Source of the DNA: Tubiluchus corallicola
Taxonomy: Eukaryota > Animalia > Priapulida
Assembly: GCA_030141605.1 (NCBI GenBank)
Contig: JAQGDQ010000230.1
Coordinates: forward strand, 186,001-250,000
Reading direction: 5' to 3'
DNA length: 64,000 bases
The notes under the pieces were generated by a model. It saw only the letters and a list, made by a program, of their open reading frames with translations, was not told where the DNA came from and did no database searches. Positions 26,729 to 38,100 of this stretch are shown piece by piece; positions within the stretch are counted from its first letter, which is position 1; each line of letters starts with the position of its first letter. Made by a program: the position numbers and the translations under genes.

Positions 26729-28108
26729 ATGCTTTCGCATCGACCGTATTCACCTGTGTCTAGTATGTCTATGAGTGTGCCGGGCTCGATGTCGGGCATG
26801 ACCACCATGTCATCGATGAGCAACACCGGGTACACACCTCAGGGGTACCCAATGAACACCCCAGGATTTGGTACGATGAATGGACAAATGACAATGCCAA
26901 TGGGATCAATGGATATGAGCAGACAATTTCAGGGAGGTACGCCACTTTATGGACACTTAGATAATACCGCAGGAAGCATGGGACAAACTTTCAGAAGTAC
27001 TATGTCTTTATCGCCCCAAAATTTAACCCAGGTTGTGCCGGGTTGTACTGATCCAAATGTGGTGAGAAGAGACAAGAGTTACAGGCGAGCTTACACTCAT
27101 GCGAAACCTCCATATTCGTACATTTCATTGATAACAATGGCTTTGCAGCAAGCTCCATCAAATATGATGACACTCAGCGAAATTTATCAATTCATCATGG
27201 ATCTATTTCCTTTTTACCGCCAGAATCAACAACGCTGGCAGAATTCCATCCGCCACAGTTTGTCTTTTAATGACTGTTTTGTGAAAGTGCCCCGCACACC
27301 GGACAAACCTGGTAAGGGCAGTTTTTGGACATTGCATCCTGAATCAGGCAATATGTTCGAGAACGGGTGCTATCTTAGACGACAAAAACGATTCAAATTA
27401 GCTGCTAAGGATGGGAAGAAGGACGGCGAAAGAGGTCCAGGAGGAAGACCAAAGCGCAGTAAAATTGCAACTGGTGAGTCTGGTGAAAATGTGGACGGGT
27501 ATCAACCTGCAGAACGTGACCCTCTGACACCACGAAGCGATGGCGCAATGAAGCTCGAACCACAGACCATCAACAACACTGACGGCAGTTCCGATGCTGT
27601 GACAACAGCGAGTGTAAGTGCCACAGTTAATAGTGTTAATACCCTGCAGCCAATTGAGAAGTACGAAAACGAGCGAAACAGCAGCTCGTCAACTCCCGTG
27701 GCCGCTTCAGCCGCCCCTCCTCACGATGTGCAACATAGATACAGCCCTAGGTACCACAATTTACAGTCGTCACCCAACATTAGGGGCCCTGCTCTAATGG
27801 ACGACCAAGTGCCTCAGTACGTTAGTAGAAGTATGCAGCTAGAGGACCACCAAATGCATCACCAACATACATCAGATGCGTACAAGTCCCTCCAAGGGCA
27901 TCCGCATAACTTCAGTCACCCCTTCTCAATTAACAGCATCATCTCTCACGATGGTAAATACGAAAATCTGCCTTCTTATTCAGCTTATAGTACACTGTCG
28001 CCAATGGCAAGCCTCAAAACGGACAATAATCTTTCATACCAGCAGCCAGATTATGGAGCTTATTATGGGGCCTCTTACGCCCCGCATGCCAACACGGGAC
28101 CACTATAA
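26729..28108 (+). CDS. FoxA: FoxA (HNF3/fork head) transcription factor, tandem copy 2, 459 aa, uninterrupted ORF
   Basis: forkhead domain 27098-27397 (93/100 aa identical to copy 1); C-terminal [20 protein letters not shown]; N-terminus [13 protein letters not shown] homologous to copy 1. Confidence 0.98.
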   Translation: MLSHRPYSPVSSMSMSVPGSMSGMTTMSSMSNTGYTPQGYPMNTPGFGTMNGQMTMPMGSMDMSRQFQGGTPLYGHLDNTAGSMGQTFRSTMSLSPQNLTQVVPGCTDPNVVRRDKSYRRAYTHAKPPYSYISLITMALQQAPSNMMTLSEIYQFIMDLFPFYRQNQQRWQNSIRHSLSFNDCFVKVPRTPDKPGKGSFWTLHPESGNMFENGCYLRRQKRFKLAAKDGKKDGERGPGGRPKRSKIATGESGENVDGYQPAERDPLTPRSDGAMKLEPQTINNTDGSSDAVTTASVSATVNSVNTLQPIEKYENERNSSSSTPVAASAAPPHDVQHRYSPRYHNLQSSPNIRGPALMDDQVPQYVSRSMQLEDHQMHHQHTSDAYKSLQGHPHNFSHPFSINSIISHDGKYENLPSYSAYSTLSPMASLKTDNNLSYQQPDYGAYYGASYAPHANTGPL

Positions 28109-28226
28109 AATTATGTGAACATTACATTTTGAACTGTTGGTTGCGAAATTTTAGCTTGAATTCAACGGCAAAATAATGTAGATGATCAGCCATGTTAGTG
28201 GTGAGTTTATTGTTTAAATTGTTATT

Positions 28227-28232
28227 AATAAA
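28227..28232 (+). terminator. first candidate polyadenylation signal of FoxA copy 2 (others at ~28540 and ~28687)
   Basis: AATAAA downstream of stop; AT-rich context makes the choice uncertain. Confidence 0.3.
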
Positions 28233-31200
28233 TTTTTAATAATCAATCAGTTTCAAAATGGACCATTTGAATTAATTTAGCTAATTTTCCGGTGGCATCT
28301 TGGATAGGTGAAATTTAAAAAATTAGCTCATCTTATAAACAAATGTTAGCTTTAAAAACAATCGTTGTTTAGTGCCATTTCTTTATTTAAATATTACCCT
28401 TTTTAAATGAGCAACCAAAGTTCATGAAATTTTATTAAACTTAGTTTCAAATTATAAATAATTTTTGGCGAATTTAACATGCAAAATTATTATTGGTAAC
28501 TAACAATACCATAAAATTAAAATATTATGAATCTGTATTAATAAAGGCGAATGTCGTTATCACAGTTTGTGCGAAATAATGATTATGTAGGCACTTGAGT
28601 GGGACCGTTCGAGGCCAGGCTTGGGCTTCTTACATGCTTATTGTCACTTGTTTTACTCAGGAATTGTCCACGTAGTATTATAGATAATAAAAATTGCTTG
28701 GTAATTTTCAAATGAAATTTTTGTAAATATGAGTGATAAATGTGTAATATTTTGCATTTAATTAGTAGAGTACATTTTTGTTTGTTACATATTGTACGTA
28801 CGAGTATTACCTAAATGTGTGTGGATATAATTCGACAGCTATAATATATCAAAATTAATTATATTATTGTGATTTTCATCATTTTCGCTTGATGCATTAT
28901 TTTAATATATAGTTGTTTTGAAAATGGTCTTTACGTTACAGTAAACATACTGTCACTGCGTAAATATTTTCTGTAGTTTTTGGATAAGTTGAGGTTAGTA
29001 GTTCTTCGTTTTTTTTATATTATTTAGTTTCCATAGTAACCGGCACCTGTTTGCCGCTTGTTTGCAATTTGTATGTTACTTTGTATTTGGAATTCTTTAA
29101 AAATAATTAGCGCTTACTCTAAATCTGTCGTTGTGATTTTTATTTATAGGAGGCATTTTTCTCACCCTTAATAGATTATGCAAGGCCTATAGTAGTTAAA
29201 AATAATAGTTAATTACTTTAACGCTGCATTAATTTATTATTCACAATTTTAAATTGCATACTTGATGTTAAAACATAACTAAGTTGAGCACTTCGTACTA
29301 TTTCAAGGCTTATTGCTGCAAATTGAACAAAATCATTTAACTGATTCTACAACACATAATGGAACCTGATTTGTATTTCTGCAAAGTAAGAAACGTAATT
29401 AATGATATGGGCAATGAGAAAATTATTCTTAATATTCCTGACATTAAATTATTAATATTAATTAAGCGTAGGCCATTTTAAACAGATTTACCGCAAAAAT
29501 AAAACAGATAGACAAATTAATAAAAACATCGAAGGTTCATTCCCAGCGCCAAGGATTAATTCCTAATATATCGGCTTATCTAAACAGAAATTAGCAAGAT
29601 TTTGTGAATTTTAGAATTTTTAAATTTTTATTGGGTCTTCTGCATTAATCAGGCACACCGGAACAAGCTTATCACAAACGCTGGAGTTTTTCAAGCTTTC
29701 AATAAAAAATGTTGCACATTGATTGGGAGACACTGTTTCAGGGGATAAGCTGAAAAATAATTATGCTTGATTAATTGGCAAACTGCGTTTTTTTTTGTTA
29801 ATTTGTCATTACATTTTGATTAGTAAATTTCTTTAGAAGCACGTTTCCTTTTTCCATATATTATTAAATTTAGTATATGGCTTTTCATGAATTTTGAACT
29901 TTTGCTAAAATCTAGTTAACTGCGTTGAAGATTAAAATTATGCGTGCATCGATCGATTAGCCTATAAGGCGCTTTTTAATTACACAAATCAGGGAAAATT
30001 ACTTGTAAATTTGCAAGAGTTGCCTAGTAAAAATGAGATTATTAAAATCGATAATTCGTTTGTCCACCGCGCGGAGCTGCATGGTAATTTTTGCAGGCGG
30101 TTCTGCAGAAAACCGGCTCAGTGCGTTACATGCGGCTAAGACAGGTATAGAGGCATTTGAAAATTAAGTGTACTAAGGCTAATGCAGCAAAATGATAAAA
30201 TAAATTAAATAGGTGTAGTGTAGACTGAAATTACTGCGAAACAAGTTTTGCTTAAATTTAATTCATGTCTGTTTTTAGAATTTCGGTCAGATTTTTAAAT
30301 GATTTCTTTTATTTATGTCAAAAAAAATCAAGTTTTTTTACCTTTGCCTAAATGTAGTCATACATAAAACGAAATTTAATGATTAAAATTATTTAAATTT
30401 TATTTTGTACAATTTTATGCTTTGTGTCTTGCCTTTGTAGGAAGTCACATTAATTAACATACATTCTTTAGTAAAAAAATCATACAAGAATTCAGTTGAA
30501 TGCAGTTTTGTCTATGATTATCAGATGGCACGCATGAACTATTAAAAGCTCAACAGAAACAATATTTTTGTTTTATTTTAAAACTGTCCTAGAGCTGCCC
30601 AACTTAATCATAAAAGAATTGGAAAATCTTATTTAATCATTAAACTATCGAAAGTTTAATTTACAGATTAGATAGTATTAAAAATCAAGCTTGTTTGAGA
30701 TAATGGATTACGCGCACGTACGCAGCAGTGAAACTGCCACTGAGCTGTGTTAAACAAATTAGGAATAATGACACAATTATAAGCATTATTTTGAAAATTT
30801 TCAGCAGAAAATCTCCACACTAATTTTTGCAACCAAAACTTTTTGTCTTACATGAAACGTTTTTCCAACTCTTTTTGAATATTTCTGAAACTCATTTTTT
30901 TGCCTTACAACGTGACGACATTATTTTTACCATTCTAGAGTAAAACAAGAATATTATTAATGTGTGCATTTACTAATAACATACTCTTACACTTGATGCC
31001 CAGTGCAGTTATGAGTGACTTGTCAGCCTGCCCCAGCGTTTTTTTTGCTATTGAGTGCAGATAGTTTCCGTGTGCTTTTTTTATGATTTTCACCCAAATT
31101 TGCAATTTTTCTGTGATCGTTTACTTTGTAATGAATTAATAAACTTTTTTCGTTGCAGCATAAACACGATAAACTGATTTGCAGTGTTATAATGCATTTG

Positions 31201-33689
31201 GAACGAAATACCTAAAGAAGGCTATATATGCTACAGGCATAAAACTATGCATTTTGTTACGTTTCAAAATGATAAATATGATGTGCAGATAAATATGACC
31301 AAATGTCAAATTCTATCGCAAAGTTACTCAGAATGAATATTGTCAAATTTAGATAGAGTCACTGAAAACAAAAGATTTTAAATAGCGCATAGAAAATGAG
31401 TATAGGCCGTATAAATAAAAGAGTAAACATTTTTCAAAATAAGTAAACAACTACGCACGGCAGACAGCAAGTTCGAGAAAATGAATCAAACGAGGAAATT
31501 AATAAACATCTATAGTAAATTTAGGATAAAGTTGTTAAAGCTCACGACGTAAGCTATGCAAACTGAGTTACCAAACTTGCCAACATGTTTATATATTTTG
31601 AAAATTAAGTGGGTACGATATAAGAATTTTTTAAAAATTATTCAAGTTCAGTATGGACCGCTAGTTTCTAAAAATACTAGTAATAATTTACATATTAAAA
31701 ATTTAACAATAAAAATAAGTTAAAATATGATGTAGTTGATTTGGAAGTCTATTCACAATAATCATTTTAAATGTGAATAATTAATTAAAATGGTTAACGT
31801 GGTAATATACGAAAATTAATCAATTACTATAATAAATTATTAATAGCAGTAGTAATTCTGGTCATTGGATTTTTTATTGAATTTGAGAATTTTAAAAATT
31901 ATAGTTAGTTAATTTGAACCAACAGAAGTCTTTTTTGATTCACAAATGCAGTTTTAGAACAAACTGCCCATATGTAACGAAAATTATTCAGACTTCTGTA
32001 TACCCCTATATGTAAGTACGTAACCATTTGTTCCAGTTTATTATTACATTTTTCTAAGATATCTAATTTATACACTTACAAGTATTAAATTCCTTTCACT
32101 TTTTTATTAAGAATACATGAACAATTTTTTTCAAATTGCTTGTTGATTTGCATTCACATTATTTCACTATCGCAGCCGATCATCATGTCAGCGTGATTGT
32201 AGAAAATCAAGGCGACAAATCAACCGACAATAAACCATGCGGGGTCTGATTACAAATGGCCGAGCATTTTCATAAAAATGCAGATCTCGTACGCCATTCG
32301 AACAAACAATCGACACTTACTGTTCTCACAACGACTCATTTGAAAATAAAGCTGACGACACTGGAAATGTTTTATTGTCCTGAATGATCGCAATATCGGG
32401 CTTCTACGGCGTGGGCTATCATAATATTATTTAAATCGACCCGAGTGCATTAGAAAGCAGCACGAGCAACTGAGTTATTTCACCAAAATGAACAGACGAA
32501 ATAAAAGACTCTATTTATTGCTGCAGAAAAGAGGCTGAATGATTGCAACCCGGACAGCGCATTTTACAAATTTGTGAATACCCGTAAAACAGTCGATGTG
32601 TCGAATTTCGCTTTGCGTGCAGAATTATTTTTCATTTTTGCATTAACTATTCAATTCCTGCATGTGAATAAAAAATCTGTCTTAATAAATCATAAATTTT
32701 GCGGTTCCATGTGCATATCGTGACCATCTACCAACGCCAACAATTGCACTTCAAATCAGATTTATGCACGATTTTCCGAAAACAGAGCAACCAGGTTTTG
32801 TTAACTGTAGAGCAAAAATCTCAGAAATCAGGCGACAGCATGAACTTTTCTTCAACGTCATATATTTAAGGGATCTAGATGTGCACTACACAACCAATTT
32901 AAAGAGCCGCCCCCTAAAATGTGAAAGTAATTTATCTAATGTGCATTTCTATGGGTATATCACATTTGTAAAGTCTTTTGTTCACTTGTAGCCGAATATA
33001 TAAATTCACTGCTTATTAATCACAGTATTTTACTGCGTGCAGGAATGATATAGAGTAGAAACGAAACTGCTGTATACAGAACAATAAAGAACACAAATTT
33101 GAAATAATGTTTCTCCAAAAAAAACTCTGTAATGAGGTTGTCACCATTAATGTCATTATCAGTCTCAGGTTCTCTCAGCAGGCTTGTATTCATGTACAAA
33201 ATTTACTTAAAATAGCAAAAAAGGAACGCTATGATTGTAAATGCTCATAATTTTATATTATCATGCACAAAATATTGCATAGAACCAACAATAAAAACAA
33301 ATAGCTCGTAATAACTATAACATGAATTATAAAAAGATGTTAAAAATTCACGCAAATTACCTAAGTGCTGCGGAGTAATAATAAATACATAGTTTCATTT
33401 ATATTCATAGGCATGCTTATCGTATTTACAAAATCACACATGAAAGCTTTTACTTTTCTTGGAGATGATTGAAATGGTTCACATTTAACAAAAACGGTTG
33501 GAATGGTACTCATACAGCAGAAAAATCGTGAAATTAAATACAGATAATTGATTTTTTCGCTGTAGGCTTTTGATGACCTAAGCCATATATCTAGATCTAT
33601 ATATTGTACATAGATGCAACTAACTGCTTCTGCAATTTCAGTTTTATGCCTCATAATGGTTGGGATGCATATGATCCAATGACACAACA

Positions 33690-34890
33690 ACCTTGCATGA
33701 AGTGACGAGCTGGCCCGCCAGCTTTAAAACTATTAATTTGCTGGTAGATAGGTATTGCGAGGTTATGGCTGGTCTTGTAAAGACGGTACTGCTTTAGCCA
33801 GTGAATTTTCTTTGGAAAGATGTGCAAGGGTTGACCGGATGTTAGTTCAGTAGTTCTACAATCATCCTGCTAATCAACAGTAGCTAGGTATGCTTGCATG
33901 ACGTCGCTTGTGTAAGCCCTGTATAGCTCACGTCAAGCGTCAATGGTTACTTGCTTAGCAATAAATAAAACGCTATCTTGAAAAGACACTACTATTATCT
34001 TGTCAATAGATGTCACCACATTATGCATAATACGTTATTACCATCACAGGTTGCAATAAAATTATTTGCCATTATGAAGTCCAGGAACAATCAATGCGCA
34101 AAATTACAATTTGATGCAAATTGTGGAAGCAAATAGAGAACCATGTTGATATTTTCATAGGCAATATGTATTAATACTTGGCTGTTAGCAAACTTATTAA
34201 AGTTTTTTGTTTATTTCATTTAGTTTCATATTTAAAAAGTTTATATTCCTGTTATTGCAAAACACTATTTTCCAGGAGAAAGGCCACCTGAAAGGCTATG
34301 CATCTACTATATGATAATTGTTTCTTGTCGACGTGATACGTACTAAATTTCCAGGTTCTATGTGGTCCAGAATCATAAATGCGCAGCAACTTTTAAACAA
34401 GTACACTGTATGACATTTACGCTTTTAAATTTTTATGGATTTTTAATTATTAATAAATTTTTAACAATTAAGTGGATTTTTAATATCCCTAAAGAATTTA
34501 TTTGCTCAAATTATGAAACGGAGTATTTACTTGCTATCAGCGACATGAATTTCATACGTGTAAAGAGTCTAATTTATCGTTTTGAAGTCACATAGTGATT
34601 TCTTCTCTTACATAAATTTACAAGCGACCAGTAATAAAAGGCCATCCAACTGTAACCTCGGATGTGGTTGTTAGGCACAGAAGAGCGTCCCACTGGTAAG
34701 CCATATTGGACCTGTTGTCGCTAATTGTAGCATCAATTTCACCAAAAGAAATGTCCCAGTAGGGTTTCACTTCCCAGTCTCCTTCTTCTCACAGTAGCAC
34801 CAAGCGATGCATTGTGTTTGTGAAGTGATTTATTAAAACTGCTAGAATCGCTTGAACATGCAATTCTGCCGCTGAGATAAATGTTTAAGA
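33690..34890 (-). mobile_element. decayed hAT-like transposase fragments
   Basis: 34758-34699 translates WDISFGEIDATISDNRSNMA (cf. hAT W.I...KI.AIVTDNAxNM catalytic motif), preceded by ILAVLINHF; around 33750-33761 HWLKQYRLYKTSHNLAIPIYQQINSFKAGG (cf. C-terminal LAIPAxSxxSERxFSxAG); same strand and expected order. Confidence 0.45.
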
Positions 34891-35123
34891 ATGGCAAATC
34901 TACACGGCTCTGGTAACTGTAATTATTGAGCGTTACCATACTACTTACCATACATTTCGTAGAAAATACACGATTTTTAGTCGACAAATATAAAATAATT
35001 TTATCTACAAAACACATCTATATAGACCTAACACACAAAATATATAGACTACAAAACACATCTACACACAGCACTTCAGCAAATGGTTAACATCAATTCA
35101 CAATTAACTAATGCCACGTATTG

Positions 35124-35126
<3 letters not shown>

Positions 35127-35159
<33 letters not shown>
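35127..35159. repeat. (AAT)n microsatellite
   Basis: seen directly. Confidence 0.95.
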
Positions 35160-35161
<2 letters not shown>

Positions 35162-38100
35162 TACTCTTGATAATTTAATGCTTCTTAGTTAATGTCTTAT
35201 TATCAGAAACAAAAAACATTTTTATCGAAACTGAATTGATGAAACAGAAATATGAACTATATTAATATCAATATAACCACTTGTGAATAAAGAGAAAAGT
35301 CCTCACTTATAAGAAAAAGATGCTGAGTGAATAAATATGCTCTAAGAGTAAGCATTAGCTATACAAGACAAGTAAATGTGTCCTATAAAATAATTGTTTT
35401 TGCAAACTTGACGTTATCAAAGACAACTGTTCGTCATATTATCCTAGATATTATCCTAAATTTCCTTATTATTGTCTTTATGACTTTAGGTCTTTCGTCA
35501 ACTGCAGTTTTTTCAATTGTCAAACTACTAATTGGTCTAAGGTACTTCATTTATTTGGTAACTTTATTCTCTGTCACGGCTACATCTGGAATCGCCACAG
35601 CCTACAGCACGCTTTCCTGTGTATAAAACGCATTAGTACAGTTAGTATGTTGACATTGCTACTCCTGACGTACCTAACATCATAATTTCATCCTCAGAGC
35701 AGATTAGCAAACTCAGCCTCTCAAACAAACAAACAATGAGAAGAAAAACAGACCTCAGAGTAAATTTACTTTGATTTCAAAAGTCTACCGAGATGGACTC
35801 GAAACGTGTTTGTGTGTAAGCGCATACAGTAATGTTCTGACTGTTAAATTATATTGGTTCAGATCATTATGAAGTGGTTTTCGCTCCGGGGGCCATGTTG
35901 GAGAATAAACAAATCTGAACAATCGATAGGCAATGCATGCATAACAGGTCATAACTTAGTGTGGTTAATATCTGCAGGGCAGTGGGGCACGCTCATAATA
36001 ATGTCCTCCGCGTCACGCCGTCTGAAAGGTATAGGGAAGCTGAGCAAAATGATGCAGACGCTAATGGACCGGATGATGATAACAAATGTTCGCTAAATTG
36101 ATATCGATAATGATTTCTATTTCATTATCGACAGTTCGAAGGGGAAAAATGAATGGAGTCTTCCTGCTTTTCCTATAAATTAGAAGATTTGTAACTTGCA
36201 ATGCAGACCAATGATCTCTTCCCAAGGCATTGTTATATGTAGTAAAAAAGAAACAAAAAAAAACTATTTGACACATTACGATGCACATTACGAATCGAGA
36301 TTATTATGAATTTCTACACCTTTTTGTCGAAAATGATGAAATAAGTTTGTAAGCCAGGCCGACAGGATTGTACTTCGTTTTAGAGCCTCAGTTGAAACTT
36401 TTGGACATATGACTAATCGTTATTACAATTAGTGATCGTGAATCAATTGTAACTTCTTGTTTCGATTCAGTTTGAATCTTTTTATCGAATGATGATGTGC
36501 CATATGAACGTTTTCCCAAGGTACACGAACTGATGCGTTTATGATTCTCATTTTCAGTACGAAAATCCGGTTCTAAATGATTGCCGATAACTTACTGATC
36601 GTGTGGACCTGCGCTTAAAAATGTCATGTCGTTACCTTGGTCCTAGAGTTGGGGGTAGTTTTTTGAGAATATTGGAAGAAGAGAACGCATTGCTAATGGT
36701 TCAGCATTTTGGCGGTTTACCAGTCATTGATTACGGATCCATTGTCAACCTGGCTTCTCATCTACCCATTGGGACTGTTTTTAGGAAATCGGATACATTA
36801 TCCCAAAGTTCTTGACAAAATACCTCTGAGATAACCTACAAATTTTGTACAGACTTGTCCGACTTTACGACGTGTGTGACCGGAAGTCACTATGGCAAAC
36901 GCTATATATATAATTTTAAGCTCCAATTAAACGCATATTTATCAAGTAGCACAGATTTTATTCTACACTCTGCATTTCTCGGCCCCTATGATTTTTATCA
37001 TGCAGATATTAATATATCAAATGTGTGATGTGAACGGTTGAACATTCACAGACAAAGCTGGAATGTCATTTCATCACTTTTAGTCATTTCTGTCTCGTTA
37101 GAATTTCGAATTTTAAAATTTTTTTTAGTCAGTACACAGTTTCCATAATACTAAAATTGAATAATTTGCTTACATAATAAAATTGCAAGATATACATATA
37201 GTCATACAGGTCCAAAAATATATATACGAATATACAGAAAATTAAAATTGGTTGTAAATGAAATACAAATGCACTACAAAAATACAATTACGTTACAGGA
37301 ATTTAAAATCGAGACTTGGTACTTACTTGATTTTGACTCCATTCACATGTAATTCATATCGTGTCTGGTTTAAAGAATAAAATTAATAAATCATAAATAA
37401 ACATGTTTATTTCACAACATTTGGACAATACAGTAAAAAAACTGAGGCATACAGTCCTCTAATTACAAAGATAATGCAAATAAAAATTCATAGGTAATTG
37501 ATCGAATGGCTGTTTCTATTGATTCTCATCTCATGTTGTTGTCTATTATCCATTTCACTGGCATTTGTTTTTAAAGTCCGAAACTGAAGACAGCTAAAAT
37601 TTGAAAAAAAAATCAACCAGAAAGTATTTGGCGCTCCAGTTTAGGACCCTCTGTCCTGGCATGCAGGAGCTATTTTTGGAACGTCCCACAGATTAGGTAC
37701 CTTCGAAGGTTGTCGCCCAAGAACAATGACCATCCTGATGACTTTCTAAAACAGAGGTAAAAGAACAGTGAGCATGATGGTGGCTACGCTGAAGGAAATG
37801 CACAAAAACAATTTGTAGGCTGAGTGTTTTACTGGAATTTACCATAGCAATTCTAACAAACAATAGTAATGAAAGCGCAAAAGCATTGAAGGTAATACAG
37901 AAAAACAATACACATGTGCGGTGGCTGGTGAATTTGTTGAAGGTAAGATGAACGATGTACATGATTTGCTAACTGTGCATTTACCACCCCTTTTTGAAAA
38001 TTTAGACGGGCCCTGGCTTCATCTAAAAATTAAAATTACTATCACGGACTAAACGTGGCTGTTCCCAACACTCTGGTGCAAATCTCTCAACAACATCCTG

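Noticed and set aside
24543-28108. Idea that the two FoxA copies are an assembly or haplotype duplicate, or a retrocopy
   Set aside because: Extensive synonymous and indel divergence excludes alleles; shared promoter motifs and tandem position argue against retroposition
24603-28118. Short ORFs overlapping the FoxA genes (24603-, 25095-, 25174+, 27876+)
   Set aside because: Shadow frames of the real CDSs; the antisense ORF over the forkhead box has no counterpart in the ORF track for copy 2
32150-32450. Possible THAP or transposase relic on the plus strand
   Set aside because: Resemblance needs several arbitrary frameshifts; not supportable
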